The translations under genes and the position numbers were made by a program. The notes under the pieces are model-generated. The model made no database searches. It saw nothing but the letters and a program-made list of their open reading frames with translations, and was not told the DNA's origin. 56,292 nucleotides of DNA from Fidelibacterota bacterium UBA6630. GTDB lineage: Bacteria > Fidelibacterota > Marinisomatia > Marinisomatales > TCS55. Location of the stretch: the NCBI GenBank assembly GCA_002455835.1, contig DKLW01000032.1, positions 1 to 56,292 on the forward strand, written 5' to 3'. Position 1 is the stretch's first letter. Each line of letters begins with the position of its first letter. Below, in pieces: positions 12,841-22,391 of this stretch.

Positions 12841-14091
12841 GTGAACATCCATCCCTTGCGAGAATTATTAAATGATGAACCGCTGATGGCCGAATTATCT
12901 GCCACCTATGGTACGCCATTATATATCTATGTGAAGGATCAAATTGGCCAAAATGTTAATCGTCTGAAGCATGCGCTAAAACCCAATTTTAACCAATCCC
13001 ATATTTGCTATGCGGTAAAAGCAAATAGCAATCCCCATCTTTTAAAATTAATGAAATCCTATCATCCCGAAATTGGAGGGGACTGCTCAAGCCCGGGCGA
13101 AATCTATGCGGCCGAATTGGCAGGGATTGATCCAAAGAAATGTTTATACACAGGAAATTATGAATCGGAGCCCGATTTAAGACTGGCTCTTAAAAAAGGA
13201 TGTTATATCAATCTTGATGATGCATCATCCTTGGATAGGTTGTTATCAATTGGCACACCGGAACGCATTTCGTTTCGACTCAATCCCGGATTTGGGAAAG
13301 GTACTTTTTCACAAATTACCACTGCAGGCGAAAATGCAAAGTTTGGTATCCCAGCAGAGAAAATTGTAAATGCTTATATAAATGCACAAAAAGCAGGTAT
13401 TCATAATTTTGGGTTACAATGTATGGCCGGCTCTGGAAATTTAGACGGGGACTATTTTATTGAATTGCTCACGGCCATCATTCATAATACCAAAAAGATT
13501 GAATCAAAATTGGGAATCCATTTTGAATTTGTCAGCATGGGTGGCGGTTGGGGCATTCCATACAAAGATGAAGAAACACCCCTTGATTTTGACTCCCTTT
13601 TCAAAAATTTGTCTGATGTTTTATATAGTCATTATGAGAATAAAGATGAAGCCCCTGCACTCTGGATTGAACCGGGCAAAAGCATCATTGGCAATACAGG
13701 CTTTATATTGACCACAGTTACGGGTTTGAAAAATAGTTATAAAAATTATGTGGGTCTTGATGCTGGCATGGAGACCCTCATGCGTCCTGCATTATATGGG
13801 GCATACCACCGCATGTATAAAATTGGAGAATCGGGTAAAAGCAATGGTGCGTATGATTTTACCGGGCCGATTTGCGAAAACACGGATAGAATCGCATTTG
13901 ACCGAGCTTTCCCAACCTTAGAAGAAGGTGATCTAATTGCCATTATGGATGCAGGCGCCTATGGATATGCTATGTCGCATAATTTCAATACCAGGCCACG
14001 GGCTGCCGAAGTACTGCTAGATGGACGAAACCATCAACTCATCCGACGGCGAGAAACCATAGAGGAAATCTTTACGGGATGTGATGTTTAG
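12841..14091 (+). CDS. lysA: Diaminopimelate decarboxylase-like, PLP fold-III decarboxylase
   Basis: YAVKANSNP (PLP Lys), GGGWGIPY, EPGKSIIGNTG, GPICENTD, DAGAYGYAMSHNFNTRPRAAEVLL. GTG start preceded by AAGGAA. Substrate inferred from motif pattern only. Confidence 0.7.
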   Translation: MNIHPLRELLNDEPLMAELSATYGTPLYIYVKDQIGQNVNRLKHALKPNFNQSHICYAVKANSNPHLLKLMKSYHPEIGGDCSSPGEIYAAELAGIDPKKCLYTGNYESEPDLRLALKKGCYINLDDASSLDRLLSIGTPERISFRLNPGFGKGTFSQITTAGENAKFGIPAEKIVNAYINAQKAGIHNFGLQCMAGSGNLDGDYFIELLTAIIHNTKKIESKLGIHFEFVSMGGGWGIPYKDEETPLDFDSLFKNLSDVLYSHYENKDEAPALWIEPGKSIIGNTGFILTTVTGLKNSYKNYVGLDAGMETLMRPALYGAYHRMYKIGESGKSNGAYDFTGPICENTDRIAFDRAFPTLEEGDLIAIMDAGAYGYAMSHNFNTRPRAAEVLLDGRNHQLIRRRETIEEIFTGCDV

Positions 14092-16525
14092 GCGGATTTT
14101 CATCTTAATCATTTTGGTTTCAATGATGTTTGGACAAGATGCTCAAAGGAAAGGCATTCATCAAATTGAGTTAGAACACCATAAAATCTATTATTTAGAG
14201 TCGACCCACAAACCGGGTTCCACCCCTCCTATCCCTCTGAAAAAACGAGTCGATGGACCATCAAAAATTGTATTTGGCTACCACCCTTATTGGTCCGGAT
14301 CAAAATGGCAAAACTATAATTATGACTTATTGACAACTATTGCATACTTCTCAGCAGAAGCCAATGCAAATGGTGACCTCACTGACCTCCATGGATGGCC
14401 TAAAACAGATCTCATAAATAAAGCACATGAGAATGGTGTGGAAGTTGTATTGGTTGTGACACTTTTCAACAAATCTGATTTAGAAACGCTTTTGAGCAAC
14501 AGCGATAATCGAAATCGGCTCATTAATAATTTGGTAACCCAAGTTGAGAATGGAAATGCAGATGGTGTAAACATTGATTTTGAAGCATTCCCCCCTTCAC
14601 AAAAATCCAATCTGGTCACTTTTGTTAAAGATTTGCGGAAAGCACTGCGGGACAAGATATCTCATGCAAAAGTTACCTTGGCTACACCGGCTGTGGATTG
14701 GAACAGCGCATGGGATTTTAATGCATTGGCCAAAGAAAGTGACGGCCTTTTCATCATGGGTTACGATTATCATTGGAAAGGCAGTTCAACCACTGGCCCT
14801 GTTTCTCCCCTTAAAGATGGATCTTACAATATCACCAAGACAGTGAACACGTATCTATCAGCAACAGGAAATAATGCAGAAAAAATCATCCTTGGCCTTC
14901 CTTATTATGGATATGAATGGACGGCTAATTCCGGTAATAAGGGCGCAAATACTACAGCTTCAGGAATAGCAGTTATATATGCCAATGCAGAAAATAATGC
15001 GAAATCTTATGGTAGAATATGGGATGATGCATCTGAAACGCCATGGTATAAATACGAAAATAATGGATGGTATCAAACTTGGTATGATGATAGTTTATCG
15101 TTGGCAAAAAAATATGACTTAGCTCTATCCAAAGATTTGGGTGGCGTGGGTATGTGGGCATTGGGATATGATGAAGGATCTCAAAAATTGTGGCAATCAT
15201 TAAAGGATAAGATGTCCGCGAAAACCGCACCTTCGACTCCTGTCAATCTCAATATCACTAATTTAGGGAATGGTGTGGTTACGATTGATTTTACTGGTTC
15301 ACCCGTCGCTACCGGTTATTCAGTCATCCGAGTTTATCCTCTTTCATCTAAAGAAGATGATTTAGGCTCTTTCACCAGCACCCCGATTCTGCTTTCAGGC
15401 CTTACTTTAGATTCAACATATTATTTTACAATCAAAGCATCAAATGATATTGGATCAAGTGGTGCAACTGAAGTATTGGGCGTAACGCCCTCATCCAACA
15501 TGCCGAAGATATTAATCATAAATGGATTTGACCGAGTCAGTGGTACAACAAATACCTATGATTTCATAAAGCAACATGGTGATGCCATTCACAAAAATGG
15601 ATATACATTTGATTCAGCGTCTAATGAAGCCATCATAAATGGGAGAGTAAAATTAACCGACTATGCAATCATAGATTGGATTTTAGGTGAAGAGGGGTCA
15701 TCAACTTCATCCTTCGATGAAACAGAACAATCCTTGTTAAAAGAATTTATGAAAAAAGGTGGCCGATTGTTTGTCTCCGGTTCTGAAATTGGATATGATC
15801 TTGTTGAACAAGGCAGTGTGAGCGATAACCTATTTTTTGAAAAATTCCTTAAAGCAGAGTATATATCAGATGCAGCAGCCGGAAAACAGGGCACCTATTC
15901 TGTGACTGGCGTATCCGGATCTATTTTCGAAAATATGACCATTACATTCGATGATGGAACACATGGAACCTACGATGTTGATTGGCCGGATGGCATTAAA
16001 CCGACAAGTGATGCTTCGATCCTTTTGCATTATGAAAACGCAGAATACGATCAAAAAGGTGGTGCGGGGATTGCCTATACCGGTGGGTTGGATGGCAGTC
16101 TTTTTACCGGTGGGTTGGTGTATTTATCCATTGGATTTGAAACAATCTATCCTGATAATAGTCGAAAAACCATCATGGGTAATATACTGAGTTATCTCGA
16201 TGGCACTACTGCTTCTGTAAGAGATGAAGAGAATATTATACCCAAAAGCCTAAATATCATCTCCCTTTACCCCAACCCTTCGAACCAATCTATTACCATT
16301 GAATTTCGGGTAGAACAATTTTCACCCATAGCATACCTTTCCATCACTGACCTTATGGGAAGAGAAGTATATAAAATGTCTGTTCAGCCCCTTGCGGCCA
16401 AGACACAAAAATTTTCGTGGCATGGTCGGTTGTATAATGGGCAGGATGCACCAACAGGTATTTATCTCGCCAAATTATCACAAGGAAGCCAACTCATCAC
16501 CAAAAAATTTACATTACTCAAATAA
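14084..16525 (+). CDS. Secreted GH18 glycoside hydrolase with FN3, a domain of unknown function and a T9SS C-terminal sorting domain
   Basis: Signal peptide. GH18 catalytic box ADGVNIDFE. FN3-like segment (PSTPVNLNITNLGNGVVTIDF...YYFTIKASN). About 230 aa unassigned (ILIINGFDRVSG...). Por/T9SS tail (LYPNPSNQSITIEF...GIYLAKL...KKFTLLK). ATG at 14084 (14081 is GTG) overlaps the lysA end. Confidence 0.8.
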   Translation: MFRRIFILIILVSMMFGQDAQRKGIHQIELEHHKIYYLESTHKPGSTPPIPLKKRVDGPSKIVFGYHPYWSGSKWQNYNYDLLTTIAYFSAEANANGDLTDLHGWPKTDLINKAHENGVEVVLVVTLFNKSDLETLLSNSDNRNRLINNLVTQVENGNADGVNIDFEAFPPSQKSNLVTFVKDLRKALRDKISHAKVTLATPAVDWNSAWDFNALAKESDGLFIMGYDYHWKGSSTTGPVSPLKDGSYNITKTVNTYLSATGNNAEKIILGLPYYGYEWTANSGNKGANTTASGIAVIYANAENNAKSYGRIWDDASETPWYKYENNGWYQTWYDDSLSLAKKYDLALSKDLGGVGMWALGYDEGSQKLWQSLKDKMSAKTAPSTPVNLNITNLGNGVVTIDFTGSPVATGYSVIRVYPLSSKEDDLGSFTSTPILLSGLTLDSTYYFTIKASNDIGSSGATEVLGVTPSSNMPKILIINGFDRVSGTTNTYDFIKQHGDAIHKNGYTFDSASNEAIINGRVKLTDYAIIDWILGEEGSSTSSFDETEQSLLKEFMKKGGRLFVSGSEIGYDLVEQGSVSDNLFFEKFLKAEYISDAAAGKQGTYSVTGVSGSIFENMTITFDDGTHGTYDVDWPDGIKPTSDASILLHYENAEYDQKGGAGIAYTGGLDGSLFTGGLVYLSIGFETIYPDNSRKTIMGNILSYLDGTTASVRDEENIIPKSLNIISLYPNPSNQSITIEFRVEQFSPIAYLSITDLMGREVYKMSVQPLAAKTQKFSWHGRLYNGQDAPTGIYLAKLSQGSQLITKKFTLLK

Positions 16526-17763
16526 TGAATCGATATTTCTTCTCCTTTATCATCCTCATAGCAGGATGTACAACTCCACCCCCTTCTATTTCTCCTTCTG
16601 AATTGAATACGATTCCATCTCCACCAAAAGGGAAAGTGGGCTTGGATGTTTTATTGGAAGAGCGTCAAGATTTAATCATCGGGAAAACTATCGGATTGGT
16701 TACCAATCATACGGGAGTAGATCAAAATGGGACGCCCAATTATGAAAGGATTCTTGAAATGAACGATGTGGATCTCAAAATTATATTTTCCCCGGAACAT
16801 GGGTTGTTTGGAGAATCAGCAGCGGGAGAAAAAGTATATTATAATGGCCAAATAAAGACCCTGCCAACCGTGGTAAGCCTGTATGGAAAAAATCGGAAGC
16901 CAACGCCAGAACAAATGAGGGGACTGGATGTGATTTTGTATGACATCCAAGATGTGGGTGCCCGATTTTATACATACATATCAACCATGGGTTTGGTGAT
17001 GGAGGCCGCAGCCGAATCGGGTGTGGAAGTTATTATTCTTGACCGTCCCAATCCGATCACAGGGACAAAAGTTGAAGGACCAATTTTGAATTTAACACAT
17101 CAATCTTTTGTGGGGAAATATCCCATCCCAATTCGTTATGGATTGACGGCAGGTGAATTGGCTCAAATGATAATTGGAGAAAAATGGATTAACAATATCC
17201 CGAGAATTGATGTTGTCCTTGTAGATGGTTGGAACAGAACACAATGGCAGGACGAAACCCATCTCCCATGGGTGAAACCCTCTCCCAACATTCCCGATAT
17301 TGAGACAGCCATCATTTATCCCGGCATGTGTTTATTAGAAGCTACAAATGTGAATGAAGGACGGGGAACCCAAAAACCATTCAAACGATTCGGTGCACCT
17401 TGGATTCTCAAAGAAATTTTGGCTGAAAGTCTAAACAATAATCATTTGCCCGGTGTTAGCTTTACGGCCGTTTCATTTATCCCTACAGATTTGGAGGGAA
17501 TGGCCAATAATCCAAAATATGAAAATCAAGTTTGCCATGGCATTGAGATTCAAATCACAGATCGGAATACTTATAATAGTGTCGCCACGGGGATTACTGT
17601 TATTGAGACTTTACAAAAATTATATCCAAATAAATTTGAGATTAAGACATCAGGAATGAATCGATTGTGGGGAATAAATGATCATGATTTTTCGAATTAC
17701 AATGAGGGTAAAGAATCACAATATTTCAAAAATAAGGCAGAAGGATATTATCTATATGAATAA
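16525..17763 (+). CDS. namZ: DUF1343 / NamZ-type exo-beta-N-acetylmuramidase (GH171), lipoprotein
   Basis: DUF1343 hallmarks GLVTNHTGVD, IFSPEHGLFGE, LYDIQDVGARFYTYISTM, ILDRPNP. Lipobox LIAGC. Start overlaps the GH18 stop (TAATG). Confidence 0.75.
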   Translation: MNRYFFSFIILIAGCTTPPPSISPSELNTIPSPPKGKVGLDVLLEERQDLIIGKTIGLVTNHTGVDQNGTPNYERILEMNDVDLKIIFSPEHGLFGESAAGEKVYYNGQIKTLPTVVSLYGKNRKPTPEQMRGLDVILYDIQDVGARFYTYISTMGLVMEAAAESGVEVIILDRPNPITGTKVEGPILNLTHQSFVGKYPIPIRYGLTAGELAQMIIGEKWINNIPRIDVVLVDGWNRTQWQDETHLPWVKPSPNIPDIETAIIYPGMCLLEATNVNEGRGTQKPFKRFGAPWILKEILAESLNNNHLPGVSFTAVSFIPTDLEGMANNPKYENQVCHGIEIQITDRNTYNSVATGITVIETLQKLYPNKFEIKTSGMNRLWGINDHDFSNYNEGKESQYFKNKAEGYYLYE

Positions 17764-19165
17764 TCTAAAGATTTTGATTTCAAAATTGGGATGCATATTT
17801 ATTCTATCCATTCATAGTTGTACACAATCTCCAATTATTTTTCATGGTAAAGGTGATAGAACCACAGAAAAACAAATCTATAATATTATTAATAAATCTG
17901 GCCTCTCGACCAATATAGGCGTTAAAGCTGTATCACTAAAATCTGGAAAGGTATTGGTGGACTTAAACAGCCATTCCCTTTTCAATCCTGCCAGCAATAA
18001 TAAAATATTTACAGCCATTGCTTCTCTTGCCCTTTTGGACTCGGGATATACATTTCATACAGAAGTTCGTCATGAGAATAATATACTATATTTGATCGGT
18101 GGTGGCGACCCGGATCTAACTTTATCATCATTGGATTCATTAGCAACAATCGTTGCAAAAGCAAATCTAACAGTGGATCAATTAATATTGGATGATACGC
18201 GTCATGATTCATTGACCTATGGTGAAGGATGGATGTGGGATGAAGGCGCCTGGTGGTATTCAGCTCCAATCAGTGCTTTATCTGTCAATGATAATTGTGT
18301 GAACTTTGTAATTCATCCCGGAATCGTAGGTGAACCGGCACGGGTTTACACCCATCCCCAATCTTCATATTATTCTATTCAAAACAAATCGATTACAGTA
18401 ACTGATTCCACAGGTTTTGAAAAATTAAAAATCGATCGAGATTGGCAAAACCGTACAAATCAATTCACCATTACTGGGAATATAATGGATACAACCTCAA
18501 CCGATACTATATTTAGAAATATAGAAGAACCAACACAATTTGTAGGCCATTTATTTAGAGAAATGATTTCAAAAAAGGGGATAGAAATTCAAACAATGCA
18601 TAAAAATAAAACGCCTGAATCAGCACAGCTTATCGCTACCCATACATCACGAACTCTACCAAATACAGTTAAGAATTTAATGGTTGAGAGCGATAATCTA
18701 ACCGCGGAATTATTAACCAAAACAATCGGTTTTGAATTCGAAGGTCTGCAAGGCACCTGGACAAATGGGCTACTACACATACGCGACTTTTTATATGACA
18801 GTGTTGGAATGGATACCGCCGAATTTTCAATAAGAGATGGGTCTGGTGTTTCACGATATAATTATTCTAGTCCAAATCATTTCATCCAACTATTGACCTG
18901 GGCATATAATCATCCTGAAATAAGGGATCAATTTTTGTTTACCCTTCCTCAGGGTGGTCTAAATGGGACACTTAAAGATCGAAATTTTCCAGATACTGTA
19001 CTTGCGAAAACGGGATCATTATCAGGGGCTTCCAATATATCCGGTTATATAATTAATAAAAATGATGTAATCGTATTCTCAATTTTAATGAATGGTTTTA
19101 AAGGATCTGCAAGTCCATATCGTTCTCTACAGGATAAGATTATCATTCAACTGAGTGATACATGA
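17756..19165 (+). CDS. dacB: D-alanyl-D-alanine carboxypeptidase/endopeptidase, PBP4 (S13) family, lipoprotein
   Basis: SxxK (ASNNKIFTA), DGSGVSRYN, KTG (AKTGSL). Lipobox SIHSC. ATG at 17756 gives an 8-nt overlap with namZ; the track's 17678 start would overlap by 86 nt. Confidence 0.8.
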   Translation: MNNLKILISKLGCIFILSIHSCTQSPIIFHGKGDRTTEKQIYNIINKSGLSTNIGVKAVSLKSGKVLVDLNSHSLFNPASNNKIFTAIASLALLDSGYTFHTEVRHENNILYLIGGGDPDLTLSSLDSLATIVAKANLTVDQLILDDTRHDSLTYGEGWMWDEGAWWYSAPISALSVNDNCVNFVIHPGIVGEPARVYTHPQSSYYSIQNKSITVTDSTGFEKLKIDRDWQNRTNQFTITGNIMDTTSTDTIFRNIEEPTQFVGHLFREMISKKGIEIQTMHKNKTPESAQLIATHTSRTLPNTVKNLMVESDNLTAELLTKTIGFEFEGLQGTWTNGLLHIRDFLYDSVGMDTAEFSIRDGSGVSRYNYSSPNHFIQLLTWAYNHPEIRDQFLFTLPQGGLNGTLKDRNFPDTVLAKTGSLSGASNISGYIINKNDVIVFSILMNGFKGSASPYRSLQDKIIIQLSDT

Positions 19166-20079
19166 AAATAACTTCCTTCATTGGGCTCACATTATTCTTA
19201 TTGATTTCAGGATGTACCCAATCAGCATTACAAGATCCCTATGTGGTTGTATTGGGAATTGCGCAGGATGCCGGTGTACCCCAAGCAGGATGTATGAAAG
19301 AGTGTTGTATTGGTCGCTGGAATAATCCGAGCAATCAATTGATGGTTACATCACTTGGGATTGTCGATCCGCACTCCAAAGAAACATGGATGGTTGAAGC
19401 CACACCCGATTTCACTAATCAATTGAAAATACTCACTGATAATAACCAAGATAAATTAAAGGGTATTTTTCTCACACATGCCCATATTGGCCATTATACG
19501 GGACTAATTCATTTGGGAAGAGAGGCCATGGGCACGCAAAAAGTAAATGTATATGCAATGCCCAAGATGGCTAAGTTTTTAAGGTCAAATGGACCATGGA
19601 GTCAATTAGTAGACTTAGAGAATATTCAGATTAATAAATTAAAAAATGAAAAAACCCTAGAACTCAATAACCGAATTTCAATAACACCATTTATAGTTCC
19701 TCATCGTGATGAGTTTTCTGAAACAGTTGGATATAAGATTGAAGGGCCATCCAAGTCTCTCATATTTATCCCTGATATTGATAAATGGGAGAAGTGGGAG
19801 GAGGATATTAAAAAAGTGGCTTCAGAAAATGAATACACTTTGATTGATGGGTCATTTTTTGAAAATGGTGAAATTCCCGATCGTGATATGTCAGAAATTC
19901 CCCACCCGTTTATTGTTGAATCCATAGAAGTCCTTAGAGATGTGAAAGATAAATCTGGTATTCACTTTATTCATTTTAATCACACAAATCCAGTTTTAAA
20001 TCAAGACTCTAGCCCAAGAAAAGATGTTTTAAATGCTGGTTTTAATATTGCAGGCTCCGGTCAAAAAATGAGTATATAA
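19162..20079 (+). CDS. MBL-fold metallo-hydrolase, PqqB-like, lipoprotein
   Basis: LTHAHIGHYTG metal motif, later HRDE and FNHTNP. Lipobox LISGC. ATGA overlap with dacB. Confidence 0.65.
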   Translation: MKITSFIGLTLFLLISGCTQSALQDPYVVVLGIAQDAGVPQAGCMKECCIGRWNNPSNQLMVTSLGIVDPHSKETWMVEATPDFTNQLKILTDNNQDKLKGIFLTHAHIGHYTGLIHLGREAMGTQKVNVYAMPKMAKFLRSNGPWSQLVDLENIQINKLKNEKTLELNNRISITPFIVPHRDEFSETVGYKIEGPSKSLIFIPDIDKWEKWEEDIKKVASENEYTLIDGSFFENGEIPDRDMSEIPHPFIVESIEVLRDVKDKSGIHFIHFNHTNPVLNQDSSPRKDVLNAGFNIAGSGQKMSI

Positions 20080-20118
20080 AATAGTCTAAAATATTTAATC
20101 TGGCCTTCCATGGATTTT

Positions 20119-21519
20119 TCAACGGTGGTCATATGAGCTTATAATCCTTTCAATAAGGGTTGTAATTAACCCAAAAACGACGATTGATATACCGATAAAC
20201 CATGTCCATGCTAGACCAATTTGTTTTAAATAAAAGACAATCAATAAACTGGAAATTAAACCAATGATTAAGGCGGCTGAGGGAATTTCCCTTTGGACTT
20301 TACTTAGGAGAAATAATCCCAATAATCCACCATAAGTGAATGATGCAATCTGTAGTCCAATAATTACAATTGCACTATCACTTTCATCGAATAATAGAGC
20401 GATACCTATTAATACGATTCCCCAAATAAAACTGACGAATTGAGATTTTTTTATCGTCTGTTCACCACCGATCCAATCCGTTACAGTAGATGATGCCAGT
20501 GAGTTGATCGAAGAACTTAAGGTGGACATAGCTGCGGAAAGAACGCCGGCAAATAAAATACCTCTTAGTCCAACAGGAAGATAATCCACAATGAAAGAAG
20601 TGAATTCACGATCTCTTTCCATCTCAACGCCACCCATTAATAGAAACATTAATGATCCAGCTAAGAGAAATATACTGAACTGAATAAAAACAAAAATACC
20701 ACTCCCAACCATGGCCTTTCTTGCTGCTGTTAAATTCTTTGTGCTTAATACCCGCTGAACCATCATATAATCAACGCCGTGGGAAGAAAAGGATAATAAA
20801 GCACCACCAACGATGGCGCTTATGAAATAATATGGGTCTTTGATAAAATTTCCTTCAAAATTGAATATGGCTAGTTTGCCCTGTTCAGCTAAGATGGGTA
20901 TTGTTTCAAACAAAGATTGATCAAGATGGTTTAAAACGATAATTATGGATGCAACACCTCCAAAAAGATAGAGGATGAATTGGATACTGTCCACCCACAC
21001 CACCGTACGGATTCCACCTGATAATGTATAAACCAAGGTGACAGCGCCGATGATCAGAACCGCAAATGTTAATGACCATCCGGTGATGACCTGAACCACC
21101 ACTGCAGTGGCTAAAAATCGTACACCATCAGCCAAAATGCGTGTGATAAGAAATACACCGGATGCTACCTTTTGAATTTCCGGACCAAATTTGTGGCCAA
21201 TAACTTCATAAATGGATGTAACACCCGATTTAAAATATTGGGGCAATAAAACTACGCTCACTAAAACGCGGCCGATGATATATCCTATGGCGAGCTGAAG
21301 AAAAAACCAATCATCCCTATAGGCCAACCCCGGGACACTGATAAAAGTCAATACTGAAGTCTCAGTGGCCACGATGGAGAGCATTGCTACAGGCCAAGGT
21401 AAGTTTCTGTTGCCTAGAAAATAATCAGTCGAGGATTGATTATATCGACTCTGCCATAATCCGTAAACAGAAAATCCTCCCAAGAATAGGATTATAATGG
21501 TGAGATCGATCCAATGCAT
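20119..21519 (-). CDS. Sodium:solute symporter family permease
   Basis: About 13 TM segments. SSS N-terminal pattern DYFLGNRNLPWPVAMLSIVATETS. 4 nt downstream of the DUF1460 gene. Confidence 0.8.
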   Translation of the reverse strand: MHWIDLTIIILFLGGFSVYGLWQSRYNQSSTDYFLGNRNLPWPVAMLSIVATETSVLTFISVPGLAYRDDWFFLQLAIGYIIGRVLVSVVLLPQYFKSGVTSIYEVIGHKFGPEIQKVASGVFLITRILADGVRFLATAVVVQVITGWSLTFAVLIIGAVTLVYTLSGGIRTVVWVDSIQFILYLFGGVASIIIVLNHLDQSLFETIPILAEQGKLAIFNFEGNFIKDPYYFISAIVGGALLSFSSHGVDYMMVQRVLSTKNLTAARKAMVGSGIFVFIQFSIFLLAGSLMFLLMGGVEMERDREFTSFIVDYLPVGLRGILFAGVLSAAMSTLSSSINSLASSTVTDWIGGEQTIKKSQFVSFIWGIVLIGIALLFDESDSAIVIIGLQIASFTYGGLLGLFLLSKVQREIPSAALIIGLISSLLIVFYLKQIGLAWTWFIGISIVVFGLITTLIERIISSYDHR

Positions 21520-21523
21520 GGGG

Positions 21524-22381
21524 TTAACCCTTTAATGGGTGAAATTCAAAAAATAGAACGCCATCAAATAAAGGACCATCATTTCTGAAATAGTAATCCA
21601 TAAAGTTCATTTTTACGGTTTTTCCATATTCTGATGAAGCATGAATTATATTTTTCTGATCGATGACCATCCCTTCATGAGCGACCACCAACCCCATTTT
21701 GAAATAGGATTTCTTTACAAATGCGACGCCAACTATATCTGGCAATTTTTTTAATAGATCTAAATTGATTAATCCATTGGGTATATATGAAATTATTGTG
21801 GGTTTATTCCAATTGAGATCCAAAAATGCATCACCATTTTCTTTTTCATTTAAGGTAATTGAAACAGACTTTAGTTCCTGCTCTGGAATAATTGAGGGGG
21901 TAATATTCACAGTTGATGGATTTTCCTGAATTCGATTTGTCGTATAATGCCAACGGCTTTTATAAGTGGGAATTGATACTCCCTTTTTATTCGGCTTATA
22001 ATGGATATCAATAAGTTTGGATTTTGCTTCATCCCAAGACTGACTTTGGACACTAGCCAAACTCGTAAGAATATGTACAGTACAATCAGAAACATCCATC
22101 CTAAATATAGGGTCTGTATCCACTCCCGCTTCTTCCCCTAAACAAAATAGCTCATATGGCTTGCCTACTTGCCACAACGAAAATGCTTTTAATCGATCAG
22201 AAAAATCTGGAAATCGTTTATGAAATTGAGGCAGGATTTCGGACATTTGATTTTCAGTTAATGTCCAAGGTTTTGGCAACGTGTTTATCCATTCATTTGG
22301 ATTTGAACAACATAATAAAAGGAAAAAGGAAAAAGGAAAAAGGAAAAAATATCGATTTCGGTGAAAAATATTATTTTTCAT
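21524..22381 (-). CDS. DUF1460/AmiA-like putative cell-wall amidase, lipoprotein
   Basis: N-terminal signal with LLLCCS. Recalled resemblance to DUF1460 (N-acetylmuramoyl-L-alanine amidase-like) with a candidate Cys (DVSDCTVH) and His (VVAHEGMVI). The family call needs an HMM check. Confidence 0.4.
   Translation of the reverse strand: MKNNIFHRNRYFFLFPFSFFLLLCCSNPNEWINTLPKPWTLTENQMSEILPQFHKRFPDFSDRLKAFSLWQVGKPYELFCLGEEAGVDTDPIFRMDVSDCTVHILTSLASVQSQSWDEAKSKLIDIHYKPNKKGVSIPTYKSRWHYTTNRIQENPSTVNITPSIIPEQELKSVSITLNEKENGDAFLDLNWNKPTIISYIPNGLINLDLLKKLPDIVGVAFVKKSYFKMGLVVAHEGMVIDQKNIIHASSEYGKTVKMNFMDYYFRNDGPLFDGVLFFEFHPLKG
22321..22348. repeat. Heptanucleotide tandem repeat (GGAAAAA)x4, which reads (TTTTTCC)x4 on the coding strand
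   Basis: Read directly from the sequence. It lies inside the signal-peptide codons (FFLFPFSFFLL) of the DUF1460 gene, and the unit length is not a multiple of 3. Confidence 0.9.
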
Positions 22382-22391
22382 TCTTCCTTAA

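Noticed and set aside
12841-14091. Considered ornithine/arginine decarboxylase or carboxynorspermidine decarboxylase for the fold-III enzyme
   Set aside because: The length (416 aa) and motif pattern (CENTD, GAYGYAMSHNFNTRPR, EVLL) fit LysA-type enzymes better. The call is kept as 'lysA-like' with moderate confidence because no alignment could be run.
17678-17755. Longer N-terminal extensions offered by the ORF track for dacB (17678), livG (34431), ctaB (54723), fadD-like (32910), MATE (43862), GH18 (14081) and the T3Hyp dehydratase (1375)
   Set aside because: These extensions either create long same-strand overlaps, use TTG or GTG when an ATG with a sensible signal peptide or conserved N-terminus lies just downstream, or run through a hairpin. 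Shorter starts were chosen, and the uncertainty is noted in the feature evidence.
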